Source: a virus (Duplodnaviria; Caudoviricetes). From it: a DNA stretch of 64,000 bases. Below the pieces are notes generated by a model. The model was not told where the DNA came from, made no database searches, and worked only from the letters and a program-made list of their open reading frames with translations. Of the stretch, positions 47,837 through 57,232 are shown one piece after another (the stretch's first letter is position 1; each line of letters opens with the position of its first letter). The DNA lies in the IMG/VR virus record IMGVR_UViG_3300005683_000068, positions 1-64,000 of that record; one strand, 5' to 3'. The position numbers and the translations under genes were made by a program.

Positions 47837-49238
47837 TCCCTTTCATCATAATGTCCCACGATTGAAAACGAGAAGTCTCAGATAGATAGCACTGAAATCT
47901 AACTGAATTTGGATCGAACACCATACACTTAACACCACCCTTCCATTTTTGTTGTCTCTCTACAATAATATAACAATACGTACTCCACCATTCAGTGAAC
48001 CAGTCAAGAATGAACGAAACAGGATCAAGGTAAGCACGTGACCATATAGCCGCTGCTTGTGTAATACCACGATTGTTTTTCCTTCTGTGAGCATAATCAA
48101 CAGCATCCTGCTTATATGTCTCTCTAGCCTCTTTGAAATCAGCTTCGGAAATATGATGAAACAAAAACGACTCTATTCTGTCATTGAGATGCTTAATGTT
48201 GTTGTAAGATTCAACAACCACCTTCGTTATTTCTTGACTGGCGGCAGGCCATTCTTTAGTGAGTATTTTTTCTACCAATCGTTTGGTGTCTTCATTAAGC
48301 ACCAGTGAATTTTGCTTTGTTGTGTTTTCAAGAAGACTCCAATCATCCCATCTCTGTTTAAGTTGAAGGCAATTCTTCAATTTGAGTTTGATTGATCTAC
48401 CAGCATCAGAACAATACCAATCAATTACCTTCTGGACATTGTCCTTGCCTACTTTCTTTCTTAACTGAGCAATGTACTTTGCTTGTTTTGAAGGATTCCA
48501 AAGATGCGATTTAATCCAACCTTCTTTGATACATAGCTTTTTAAGTTGCTTGGCACAGGCAATATCAAACTTTGTTATCTGAGGATTTGTTTTGTCTAAT
48601 TTTGATCTTGGTGAATTGTTTTTGTTTAAGAAAGGCATAGAAGAAATCCCCTTGTTGGTGTCGTTTTCGCAGAAAACGACTTCATCACTTTCTTTATTGT
48701 CCCTATATACTATACTATGGTATGCGTTTTCGCCTACATCCTGTAGGCGTTTTCGCCTACATCCTGTAGGCGTTTTCGCACACACCCCCTCATCCAACAA
48801 CTCATCAATCAATACTGTCCTTCCTTTCCTCATAAGGAAAGTGTTTCTTGGACTCAAAGCACTTATCAACAATCTCTGTCTGCCACTTCGAGTTTTTCTA
48901 AACCCGATTTGTTTTACCAATCCTAATTTAACCAATTGAGAGATGATTTTAGACACTCTCAGTTTGGTTACGCATAATTCTCCTGCAAGCCATTTATTGG
49001 TTCCAAAGAATGGCTCCTTTGATGACGTGTTGATTTTGGTTATAAGAGAAAGAGTAGCAGCTTCTATCCAACTTAACTTACCTTTCTTAATCAACTCTCT
49101 GGTAAGAGATGTGAAATACAATCCTGGTTTTTCTTTTGGAGTGTTTTCTTCCTCACATTCTCTTTCAAATTGTTCTAAATCTTCCTCTGATGTTATTTCA
49201 TGTCGTTTCATTTTTGGGCTCCTGCTTTGGTCCAACAA
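47808..49238 (-). CDS. Replication initiator-like protein (N-terminal HTH)
   Basis: FFGTNKWLAGELCVTKLRVSKIISQLVKLGLV wHTH; internal iteron-like repeats; upstream of DnaB. Confidence 0.65.
   Translation of the reverse strand: MLDQSRSPKMKRHEITSEEDLEQFERECEEENTPKEKPGLYFTSLTRELIKKGKLSWIEAATLSLITKINTSSKEPFFGTNKWLAGELCVTKLRVSKIISQLVKLGLVKQIGFRKTRSGRQRLLISALSPRNTFLMRKGRTVLIDELLDEGVCAKTPTGCRRKRLQDVGENAYHSIVYRDNKESDEVVFCENDTNKGISSMPFLNKNNSPRSKLDKTNPQITKFDIACAKQLKKLCIKEGWIKSHLWNPSKQAKYIAQLRKKVGKDNVQKVIDWYCSDAGRSIKLKLKNCLQLKQRWDDWSLLENTTKQNSLVLNEDTKRLVEKILTKEWPAASQEITKVVVESYNNIKHLNDRIESFLFHHISEADFKEARETYKQDAVDYAHRRKNNRGITQAAAIWSRAYLDPVSFILDWFTEWWSTYCYIIVERQQKWKGGVKCMVFDPNSVRFQCYLSETSRFQSWDIMMKGIEKYEANRS
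48662..48779. repeat. Iteron-like repeats (putative origin)
   Basis: 23-bp unit gcgttttcgcctacatcctgtag x2 plus a partial copy (48724-48779); CGTTTTCGC core x4; AT-rich flanks. Confidence 0.7.
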
Positions 49239-49593
49239 ATTCTGTTGGGGGCAGTGGAATGGACCTATTCTGCGGACGCCACAAATGCAAGCAGTATGGA
49301 TGGTGATTTACATATTCGCTTTTAGCCGGATGGAGTTGCATCACTACCTCATGAGGTTCAAAGAACAAATCCTTCACCCAACACATTTCTTCCCAAGTTG
49401 GGCAGCGATTCTTAAGAGATACAGAAACATGATCCCAACCCTCGCCATCACTAACTATTATTCCTAATAAGGTAGCACCACTAAATCTATATGGAACCAT
49501 AAATGCTCCATTGTTACCATAAGATTTATCACTGGATAGCCTGCCTTCCTTAATGCGATATTGTTCAATCAATACAGTAGCGTCGGGTTTCAT
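49198..49593 (-). CDS. Conserved phage protein (DUF7694-like)
   Basis: GWDHVSVS...CPTWEEMCWVKDLFF...HP..SEYVNHHPYCLHLW. Confidence 0.7.
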   Translation of the reverse strand: MKPDATVLIEQYRIKEGRLSSDKSYGNNGAFMVPYRFSGATLLGIIVSDGEGWDHVSVSLKNRCPTWEEMCWVKDLFFEPHEVVMQLHPAKSEYVNHHPYCLHLWRPQNRSIPLPPTEFVGPKQEPKNETT

Positions 49594-50456
49594 TCCAATT
49601 CCTTTCTTAGGAGTTTAATTTCTTTCTCTGAAGCTGAACCAGGGTCTTTAGCATCTAAGACAATGTTAATAGTTACACCTGGACGAACAGCCAACAGATT
49701 AACAAGAGCAAGTGCTCGTTTCTGTGCTTCTTTCTCATTGTCAAAAACAACCACCCGCTTTGGATACTCAGCTATTCGATTAGCCTGAGTTTGATTCCAA
49801 TTAACACCAAACAAAGCCACAGCACCAGGACCGATACGCATAGCATCGAAGGGACCTTCGCAAACAAGAACCACGTCATGGCAGTAATCCTCTCCATAAA
49901 GTAAATGACGAAGTGGAATCAACTCCTCTGTAGGTTTAGCCGAAACATATCTAGGCTCAGCATCACCAATTGTTCTTGTTGTCCAACTAACTATCCTCCC
50001 ATGAAAATGAACCGGAATAAACACTCTCCATTGTAAATGCTGTGCAACGCTTATAGCCCCCAATTGCCACAAAGTACGTGCTTGCGTCGCATTGACCCCG
50101 CGAGACGCTATAAAACGCTTGTGCGGGGCTTGTAGTGGGGTTATACAGCGTGGCAATACTAGTGTTTTTGACACCTTCCTTTCAATTGCGGTTTTTCGTG
50201 AAACATTGCTCAGAGATTGATAACACACGGCCAATGAGACTTTGGTAAGTAAAGACAAGGTCTCTGCTGCCTTGTGATAGCCACACTGCCAGCAAGAACA
50301 GTAGTTGCCATCCATGTTGTATCCACAGTACAACTTGTTTGGATCACTCCCGCCACCGCAATGCGGACATTGGAACTGAATCCAACCAGTTCTTGTACCT
50401 TTACCCTCTGTCTTGAAATGAACATTATATTCCATCAATAGTTCTTGGAAGGTCAT
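49590..50456 (-). CDS. DNA primase (Zn finger + TOPRIM)
   Basis: CPHC...CWQC; VCEGPFDA, VFDNE. Confidence 0.88.
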   Translation of the reverse strand: MTFQELLMEYNVHFKTEGKGTRTGWIQFQCPHCGGGSDPNKLYCGYNMDGNYCSCWQCGYHKAAETLSLLTKVSLAVCYQSLSNVSRKTAIERKVSKTLVLPRCITPLQAPHKRFIASRGVNATQARTLWQLGAISVAQHLQWRVFIPVHFHGRIVSWTTRTIGDAEPRYVSAKPTEELIPLRHLLYGEDYCHDVVLVCEGPFDAMRIGPGAVALFGVNWNQTQANRIAEYPKRVVVFDNEKEAQKRALALVNLLAVRPGVTINIVLDAKDPGSASEKEIKLLRKELE

Positions 50457-50617
50457 TTCATTCCCTCAATAGTGCGTTTCATCAGATCAACAATTTGTTG
50501 ATGCATAGTGATGCCATTCGCGGCACACCATGCCTTGAATTGGTTTTTGATCTTATCAGGGACATCCCTAATGTAGAGTGTGCTGTATTTATCTTTCTTA
50601 GGTTGCTTTATAGGCAT
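50453..50617 (-). CDS. Ribbon-helix-helix DNA-binding protein
   Basis: TLYIRDVPDKIKNQFKAWCAANGITMHQQIVDLM; RBS AAGGGA before ATG 50617. Confidence 0.7.
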   Translation of the reverse strand: MPIKQPKKDKYSTLYIRDVPDKIKNQFKAWCAANGITMHQQIVDLMKRTIEGMK

Positions 50618-50633
50618 ATTATTCCCTTTCTGT

Positions 50634-50918
50634 TTAACCGGAACGACGTGGTTTACGAGCAACATCAAACGGAGCAGAGAAGATAACCCAATCAATTTGT
50701 ATTTCGTTGTCCTCATAGTATTGAAACAAGTCCTCTTTGCTTTCAATATCATCAAGGACCCAATGTTCCACTTCTCCATTTGAACAAAGGGTGGCAAAAA
50801 CCACGCCTTGAGCAAGATCGTGTCTAACAGCAGTAGTGCATCCAAACGCCTTAAATCCAAAATATGTACGGATGGCAGAAAGGTCTCGCGATTTGAACAC
50901 AGAACGGTTTTCTCTCAT
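50634..50918 (-). CDS. Hypothetical protein
   Basis: AAAGGTAG RBS-like sequence; fills the gap between neighbours. Confidence 0.55.
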   Translation of the reverse strand: MRENRSVFKSRDLSAIRTYFGFKAFGCTTAVRHDLAQGVVFATLCSNGEVEHWVLDDIESKEDLFQYYEDNEIQIDWVIFSAPFDVARKPRRSG

Positions 50919-50933
50919 GGTACTACCTTTGAA

Positions 50934-51182
50934 TCACTTGGAATGGATACAATGAACCACTGCATAAAAGTCAGCCTCCTTCTTTAGTTCGTTGCAGAAG
51001 TGTAGGTATTTTAACTTCAGTTCAGTCTCTACTACCTCTAATTTAATTAGAGTACCAGTACCGGCAGTGTATTCAATTATGCTTTTAGATTTTGGTATTT
51101 CGCCTATGGTTTGAAGTTTGACATAGGAGGTCTTCCTAGTAAAATCTTCAAATGTTCGGTAGATGTAGAAAATCAAGTTCAT
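50934..51182 (-). CDS. Hypothetical protein
   Basis: ORF coupled to the helicase stop. Confidence 0.55.
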   Translation of the reverse strand: MNLIFYIYRTFEDFTRKTSYVKLQTIGEIPKSKSIIEYTAGTGTLIKLEVVETELKLKYLHFCNELKKEADFYAVVHCIHSK

Positions 51183-52538
51183 TTAGGTATTCCTTATGCT
51201 TTGGATTAGCTCGTCAAACACATTACCAGAATGCTTGGGTTGTTTGCCATCAAGCACTCCAGTCAAGACTTTCTGTTTCTTGTGCAACAGTTTGCAAGTT
51301 TTATCCTCAATAGTATCTCTGCCAACAAGATAATAACACGTCACATGATCTTTCTGTCCAATGCGATGAGCACGATCCTCCGCTTGGATATGTTCACCTG
51401 GAGTCCATCCTAGTTCACAAAAGGCTACAGCGGTGGCGGCTGTCCCGTTCCAGCCCACACCAGCAGCTTGTATATTGCCAATAAATAAGCGGCAGTTAGG
51501 ATCATGTTGGAACTTGTCAATCGCATTCTGTCTCCGTTTATTATTGACACTACCATCAACAACGACACTAAGAGGCTTAAAATGTCCATACAATTCTCCT
51601 ATGATCTTTTTGTGAATGCCAAACAGAATTAACTTGCCGGTACTCTCAGCAAGGAAATTTTCTACCCATTCTATTACAGATGGTAATTTCAATTCAGCAA
51701 CAAGCCGCTTAAGATAACCAGCTTTTGCTAGTTCTTCGGCCTTCAGTGCTGCTCTGGCTTTACTCGGATGAGCGGTTCTCAACCAATCTACAAAATCAAC
51801 CAGTGCTTTTTTATACTCATGAGGCTTTGACAGCTTCATGGGCACAACGGCTCTGATTTTGTTTGGTAGGTCTTGTAGTACCTCTTTTTTGAGTCTGCGT
51901 ACCATACAAGATCGTTTCAAAATCCTATTGAGTTCCTTCACCTTGGTAGCACCATTGAACTTCCAACCCCAAGGCGTGAATTCAGGTTTGCAGTACCTAA
52001 ATCCAAATGCCTTATAACTAGTAAATTCTTTAGGCCAGAGCATGTTGAGAATGGGCCATAATTCAATTGGGCGATTGATTAGTGGTGTCCCACTAAGGGC
52101 CAAAACATGCTCCACTCCCTTGCAAAGCATCCGACAGGCTTTTGTCCTTCGTGTGCTTCTTGACTTGGTATAATGAACCTCATCAAGGATAACCAATTGT
52201 GGTTTTAGTTTTTTAATAACCGGCAACCACTTATGAAGAATATCATAGTTGAGAATGATTAACTCCGGTTTGTTCAAACTCCACTTGGCCTGTGGTACTT
52301 TTGTACCCTCAAGAACCTCAGCCCGTAAATTAACATGGAGAGCAGCTTCTCGCTCCCAGTTATACTTAATACTGGCTGGGCAGACTACAATAATTGGTTT
52401 GAGTTTCCTTCGTTTGGCAAAAGACAATGCCAAGAAAGTTTTACCCAATCCCATTTCCCATGCTACTAGAGCACGACCATTGTAAACCTCATCTATACGA
52501 TTGAGGTCTTCAAGTTGAAACGGATAAGGATTAGTCAT
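51183..52538 (-). CDS. SNF2/HARP-like SF2 helicase
   Basis: EMGLGKT, LDEVH, LSGTP, QAEDRAHRIGQ. Confidence 0.9.
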   Translation of the reverse strand: MTNPYPFQLEDLNRIDEVYNGRALVAWEMGLGKTFLALSFAKRRKLKPIIVVCPASIKYNWEREAALHVNLRAEVLEGTKVPQAKWSLNKPELIILNYDILHKWLPVIKKLKPQLVILDEVHYTKSRSTRRTKACRMLCKGVEHVLALSGTPLINRPIELWPILNMLWPKEFTSYKAFGFRYCKPEFTPWGWKFNGATKVKELNRILKRSCMVRRLKKEVLQDLPNKIRAVVPMKLSKPHEYKKALVDFVDWLRTAHPSKARAALKAEELAKAGYLKRLVAELKLPSVIEWVENFLAESTGKLILFGIHKKIIGELYGHFKPLSVVVDGSVNNKRRQNAIDKFQHDPNCRLFIGNIQAAGVGWNGTAATAVAFCELGWTPGEHIQAEDRAHRIGQKDHVTCYYLVGRDTIEDKTCKLLHKKQKVLTGVLDGKQPKHSGNVFDELIQSIRNT

Positions 52539-52562
52539 ACAAGTTCCAGATTCCTTTTATTG

Positions 52563-52805
52563 TTAAGATACAAGACGCATGGCATCTCCCAAACTGCAAG
52601 AATACTCATATTCAGTAATCACATTCTCATTTCTAAGCCATTTAAGAATTTCCGGCAGAGAATACACAGGACCCATTGCAAGTTCCACAACAGGTTTAGG
52701 AAAGGTAGGATAACGACTCCTCCAAACACAAACAAGTGTTCTACTACAACGAGCTATTTTGGCAATTTCGGTATTGCCTACCAAATGTTGAGGTTTAATC
52801 ATCAT
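52563..52805 (-). CDS. AlpA/excisionase-like HTH protein
   Basis: LVGNTEIAKIARCSRTLVCVWRSRYPTFPKP. Confidence 0.65.
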   Translation of the reverse strand: MMIKPQHLVGNTEIAKIARCSRTLVCVWRSRYPTFPKPVVELAMGPVYSLPEILKWLRNENVITEYEYSCSLGDAMRLVS

Positions 52806-53320
52806 TGCAGTACCTTTCTGATTTCTAGGAATGATTCTGTAATCCTATTTTTGGTCCATCCCAAAGAATACAAATATCTTCGTAACACTTGGCGGATAGT
52901 AGCAGGTTTCTTTCCTACTATATCCTTGCGGAGCCCTGGTGGAGTCCGCAGTACCAACTTGACTATTTTTTGAGCATCTTTGCTAAGGTCTTCCAAAAGT
53001 ACAAACAAGTGGAATTCCTTATCCTCGTGCAAGTCTGGATCAAGTTCCATGAAGATAACCCTTGCGTGGAGTTTGCTTTCCTTGCGTCTGTAATCCAATA
53101 GGACATGCCACAACACAAAGCGAACATAAGTGGCAAAGGACGTTCCGTGTTTAGGATCATAGCGTCTGTAAGCCATTACAAATGCCAATCCTGCCTGTTC
53201 TAATAAGTCATAGAAGTTACCTCCATACTTGGCTCTGAACTTGTGGATAGTGTAATAGATCAGTTTCTCCACATCGTAAAACTGATCTTGTATTATGTGA
53301 TTTTCAAGCAATACATTCAT
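52802..53320 (-). CDS. Phage sigma factor-like protein
   Basis: DLLEQAGLAFVMAYRRYDPKHGTSFATYV (sigma70 region 2). Confidence 0.75.
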   Translation of the reverse strand: MNVLLENHIIQDQFYDVEKLIYYTIHKFRAKYGGNFYDLLEQAGLAFVMAYRRYDPKHGTSFATYVRFVLWHVLLDYRRKESKLHARVIFMELDPDLHEDKEFHLFVLLEDLSKDAQKIVKLVLRTPPGLRKDIVGKKPATIRQVLRRYLYSLGWTKNRITESFLEIRKVLQ

Positions 53321-53355
53321 GGTTGTTTCCTACGAGTAATCCTCTTCAATCACCA

Positions 53356-53664
53356 TCAATGACTATAGCCAAGTTTTGCAAGCGGGATGTCGTAATCTGT
53401 TCCGCATTTACCGTCCGTTTTGCGACGGTTCTCGGCGGGGGTCCAATAGCATCGGCCTCCTTGCCACCAAAAACTGTCGCCGATCTTGATTGTAACTTGC
53501 CCGCCGTCGTCTAAGCGTCGTTCATTTGTGTAAACGCAGCATGTGTCTGGTCGCGGACACTCATTACCACGGCCATGTTTGGGATAGTGTGGGCAGCTAG
53601 CCACGTGAACGTGCGTTTTTCCGTCGGACGCACGAGATAAGCCGATAATAACACCTCCTACCAT
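53356..53664 (-). CDS. Cys-rich hypothetical protein
   Basis: GGAGG upstream; ORF. Confidence 0.55.
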   Translation of the reverse strand: MVGGVIIGLSRASDGKTHVHVASCPHYPKHGRGNECPRPDTCCVYTNERRLDDGGQVTIKIGDSFWWQGGRCYWTPAENRRKTDGKCGTDYDIPLAKLGYSH

Positions 53665-53716
53665 TTGCTACCCTCCAGTCGGACAACGCGGCGGTCCACG
53701 TCAGAGATGGTATTGC

Positions 53717-55399
53717 TCACGAGTAATCATCCTCAATCACTCTGGTAGTGGTTTTGAGAATTGCTTCCAGTTCCTCCACTCGCTTACGAAGTTTGTTGTT
53801 CTCATTTTCTGAGTGCGACTTCTGTGACAACTTACTTTGAACCCCCTCAATCTTGTTCAAGGCTTTTTGCATTTGGAAAACATTCCTACCGAACCAGAAT
53901 GCGGCTTCTGAACATCCCCAGTTATAAAGGTCTTTGATTGCCGTCTCGGCATAGTGACACCGCTCGCGAAGCTCGGCAATCTCATTTCCAGCCCACGTCG
54001 CCAGCACACTGAGCGGAGCGTTTGAGCCTGGATTGGCTGAGGTATAGCAGGCTTCAAGTGCTTCGGTTGCGTGACGGATTTGCTCGTGGAGCTTGGCGTT
54101 CTCAGCTTCCAGTTCTGCATACGACTTCCACGGGCCGCCGGCACACATACGCTGCTTGATAAACCGCTTGCAATTTTCGAGCATTACTTCGGGGTCGCCG
54201 ATGCAGCGAGCCGTCGTTTCCGGCAGCGGCACGACCGAGTAGAGCTTGCTGTCATCTTCCCAGCAGCGGTCATCGGCTTTCTGCTCCCAATGGGTGCGGA
54301 TGGCGGTTTCTAATTCCTTCACTCGCATCTCGGCATAGTGACACCGCTTACGTGCCGCATCGAGGTCCATCTCTAGCTCGCAGATGGTCTTGTCAAGCCG
54401 TTTGTTTTCTTCCGTGAGTTCCTTCACACGGGCTTCGGCTGTCTGGGCTCGATTTATTGCCAGGAACGTATCGCGAGCTGTTTTCAAGGACGGGAGTTCG
54501 GGGGCACTGATCAAAGCGTAACAAGAGGGCCGTGAGTGTCCTCTACCCCGGTTTGGCTTCCAGATCGTCGTAGCCCGATATTCAAACACCGTCCCGTTGT
54601 CTCGGAGAATGCATTCCAAGACATGCGATCCTTCCGGCCACTTGTTGGCCTCGTCAATAGAACACCACGAATGAACTGCTTGTGATCGCTCTCGTTCGGC
54701 TTTGATTTCTTCGCACGCCGAATGAAGCTGGTCCTCTAGCTCCTTCACACGGGTGCCGAGATTTATTTCGCAACCTCTTGCAAGAGCTTCGGCGTCGTCC
54801 GCACGCTTCTCAGCAGCCTGAATTTCGTACGCTTGAGAAAGAAACTGGCAGCCTCCCTCTTTACAATTGGCAGCGAAGAACTTGTGGCGAGTCAGATCGC
54901 CGACCGCGAGCTTAGCGATAAACGCCTCAAGCGGGCCAATCTGGTCCCAACCAGCGTCAATTGCTGCTTGAACAATACGGCCTAGGGAGACTTCTGTTTT
55001 CTCCAGTTGCTCTTGAAGAGACTTCTGTTTGGTCAGATACTCTCTCAGCCACGCCACCCTGGTTCCGAGAGAGTATTCCGCAGGCTCTTCGTATTCCCTT
55101 GGTCGCGACTCTTTCGCTACGTTAGCAAGGTCGCAGAGTTCATGTATGACGTTCTCTAACTTTTTCACATCGGCCGGGGTAGCGCCGGTTGCTTCGACCA
55201 GCGGGCCGACGAAGTTGGAAGCACGATTGTCAATCCGATAGGTACACGCCATGTCTCCATACAGGTCATTGCAGTTCCACCAACCCGCTCGCCGATTGCC
55301 GGGAAGATTTATACCGGGAACAGTTAAGTCGAACTCGTACCAGCCCACAGGGCAGGTTGCGTCAAGTTTCTCTCGTTTCATTGTAATTTTCACTTTCAT
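53717..55399 (-). CDS. Mosaic coiled-coil hypothetical protein
   Basis: Recurrent RVKEL and RCHYAE segments with matching DNA repeats. Confidence 0.6.
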   Translation of the reverse strand: MKVKITMKREKLDATCPVGWYEFDLTVPGINLPGNRRAGWWNCNDLYGDMACTYRIDNRASNFVGPLVEATGATPADVKKLENVIHELCDLANVAKESRPREYEEPAEYSLGTRVAWLREYLTKQKSLQEQLEKTEVSLGRIVQAAIDAGWDQIGPLEAFIAKLAVGDLTRHKFFAANCKEGGCQFLSQAYEIQAAEKRADDAEALARGCEINLGTRVKELEDQLHSACEEIKAERERSQAVHSWCSIDEANKWPEGSHVLECILRDNGTVFEYRATTIWKPNRGRGHSRPSCYALISAPELPSLKTARDTFLAINRAQTAEARVKELTEENKRLDKTICELEMDLDAARKRCHYAEMRVKELETAIRTHWEQKADDRCWEDDSKLYSVVPLPETTARCIGDPEVMLENCKRFIKQRMCAGGPWKSYAELEAENAKLHEQIRHATEALEACYTSANPGSNAPLSVLATWAGNEIAELRERCHYAETAIKDLYNWGCSEAAFWFGRNVFQMQKALNKIEGVQSKLSQKSHSENENNKLRKRVEELEAILKTTTRVIEDDYS

Positions 55400-55598
55400 T
55401 TAGAATATGATTACAAACGACACATGTTATTTGCGACATAACCGCAAGTACGTCATCAGGTAATGGAGAAGGATTTCTTTCACCTAAAGCGATTAGTCTT
55501 GTAAACTCTCTAAGTTGCTGTAAGCCCTCTTTACCTTGTGAATCATACTTCAATACTTTTCGGTAGTCATCTAGTATTTCTTCAAGTGAAGGGATCAT
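55362..55598 (-). CDS. Hypothetical protein
   Basis: ORF. Confidence 0.5.
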   Translation of the reverse strand: MIPSLEEILDDYRKVLKYDSQGKEGLQQLREFTRLIALGERNPSPLPDDVLAVMSQITCVVCNHILNESENYNETRET

Positions 55599-55634
55599 AA
55601 AATCGCTTTAGTTCAAGGCGCATCGCATTGTCTA

Positions 55635-56045
55635 TCATTGATCCACATTGCCGATTTCGTCTTCGTCTCGGAAGTAAGCCTTGTCCGTTAGTCTGTCGAG
55701 CTTACGGCTAACTCCGGCAGAGATTCCTCTGATCTCTTTTATCTCCTGAGCCAACTCCAAAGAATGTTGTTGTAGCGACTTGTTCGTCTCCATCAAAACC
55801 GCTACGAGGTTAAGAAGCATCCGCACCTCCTCTTTGTCCATATCCCGAACGTTAGCCCTAAGGAGTTCGGGACGCTGACACAATAACGCTACGGATAAGC
55901 CTACCGGCAGCTTAACCTCCTCCACCAGCTCATTCCAGGCTCCTAGTTGGGAAGCGCATCCTGTACCTCCACAAACCATACAAGGTTCTTTGTGTTCAAG
56001 GAAAGGCTCATAGCCTAAACCGTTACACGCTTTGCATTCGTTCAT
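55635..56045 (-). CDS. Hypothetical protein with N-terminal DnaJ-like Zn-finger repeats
   Basis: MNECKACNGLG...CMVCGGTG; the track start at 56174 lies inside the tRNA-like element. Confidence 0.6.
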   Translation of the reverse strand: MNECKACNGLGYEPFLEHKEPCMVCGGTGCASQLGAWNELVEEVKLPVGLSVALLCQRPELLRANVRDMDKEEVRMLLNLVAVLMETNKSLQQHSLELAQEIKEIRGISAGVSRKLDRLTDKAYFRDEDEIGNVDQ

Positions 56046-56120
56046 TTTCGGTCTCCGATTGGAAGGAAAGGAAACTACAGTAGGCTCCTCTAGTTCTATT
56101 ATCTCCGAGCTAGAGGACAG

Positions 56121-56450
56121 GAGTGCGGGTAGGAATCGAACCTGCCAGTGCTTCGTCGCCTTAAGGCTCCACACTCACCATGCACACTATGAACTGTTGC
56201 TTGTGGATCGTCATCCACTTGCTGGAGGCTTTCCAGATTGACTAGATTAACATGCCGTTGAACATTCCACTTGATGTTTCAGCAAAACTAATCAGAGCCA
56301 TCGCTCTAACCCTTACTGGACGGGCGTTATGATAAGTACACCTCCGATCAATCTTCTAATATGTAGTTATCTAACCCGACGGCATTGTGTTATTCTGTTG
56401 AAGTGGCAACAGGATAACTATTTCTGGCAACCGTCCACCAGTCTTTATTC
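56121..56450 (-). ncRNA. Candidate structured ncRNA ending in an anticodon-less tRNA-like domain
   Basis: Several hairpins plus a long-range ATGCCGT/ACGGCAT pair; T-arm GCAGG-TTCGATT-CCTAC and 7-bp acceptor-like stem at 56121-56176. Confidence 0.5.
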
Positions 56451-56453
56451 CTG

Positions 56454-57071
56454 CTAGCCTTTAACCCACAATTCCGGGCAATCAGACCATTCAGGAACAA
56501 GTAACGAACGCTTCCTTGTATATCCAAGAAGTAACTTCTTGATTGGTTGAACCAAGGAGTTGCTCATTGTAGAGATTTTGAAGTATTTACCGAAGCACCG
56601 TTGCATTTCTGCATATGCCTTGTCTCTTCCTTCATAAGTCAGCATCCTATCCAGGAATAAGGCGAAGTATTCCCTGTGTTGTTTTGTGTTGTCGATTGAT
56701 ACCTCAAAGAACCTACGGAACTTCTGGATGTTTCCGATGCAGACAACATTGCTGTACTCGCGTGCTGCATCCAAAGCATCAGAAGTATCCCCATGAATCT
56801 TCCCGGTATCGAAAACAACCTGACGGTTCCACCAAGCACATTCGTATCGTGCCTCCCGTGGGAGATACAATTCCTTGGTCCTAGCCCATTGGATACTTTC
56901 AGTGTGCCCAGAGCCAAGACTGGAGAAATGGAACCAGGACCGGATACGTTTGCCCCAGTCATAAATTTTTCCGAGTCCCCATTGGAGTCGGGATTCAGTT
57001 GATCCGCCACCTTGGCTCGTCGGATCATCGTCAATGTGATACTGAACAGTGGAATGGAACGGCTCGCACAT
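56454..57071 (-). CDS. Hypothetical protein
   Basis: AGGAG RBS; 205 aa. Confidence 0.6.
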   Translation of the reverse strand: MCEPFHSTVQYHIDDDPTSQGGGSTESRLQWGLGKIYDWGKRIRSWFHFSSLGSGHTESIQWARTKELYLPREARYECAWWNRQVVFDTGKIHGDTSDALDAAREYSNVVCIGNIQKFRRFFEVSIDNTKQHREYFALFLDRMLTYEGRDKAYAEMQRCFGKYFKISTMSNSLVQPIKKLLLGYTRKRSLLVPEWSDCPELWVKG

Positions 57072-57111
57072 TGTCTAAGCTCCTTTCGCGAATTGAAACA
57101 AAAAACACAAT

Positions 57112-57185
57112 AGGGACCGGTAGGGCTTGAACCTACAACCAAAGGATTATTAGTCCTCTGCTCTAACCAATTGAGCTACGGTCCC
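57112..57185 (-). tRNA. tRNA with AAU anticodon (Ile-decoding by anticodon); CCA not encoded
   Basis: GGGACCG/CGGTCCC acceptor; GCTC/GAGC D arm; GAGGA-CTAATAA-TCCTT anticodon arm; GTAGG-TTCAAGC-CCTAC T arm. Confidence 0.88.
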
Positions 57186-57232
57186 TAGAGGTCAGTCCAG
57201 TTCAACCGTGGCCAGCGGTATCATTTTCGGTT

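Noticed and set aside
48724-48779. CRISPR array (also considered for 63140-63304 and 15045-15335)
   Set aside because: Only two or three copies, no regular unique spacers and no cas genes.
52563-52805. Evidence of a temperate lifestyle from the excisionase-like HTH
   Set aside because: No integrase, att site or repressor switch is visible in the window; the HTH alone is insufficient.
56121-56176. Call as a canonical tRNA or tmRNA
   Set aside because: No 7-nt anticodon loop can be folded, and there is no tmRNA 5' end, G3-U70 pair or tag frame.
56639-57142. 167-aa minus-strand ORF
   Set aside because: It starts inside the tRNA T arm and overlaps the RBS-supported 56454-57071 gene.
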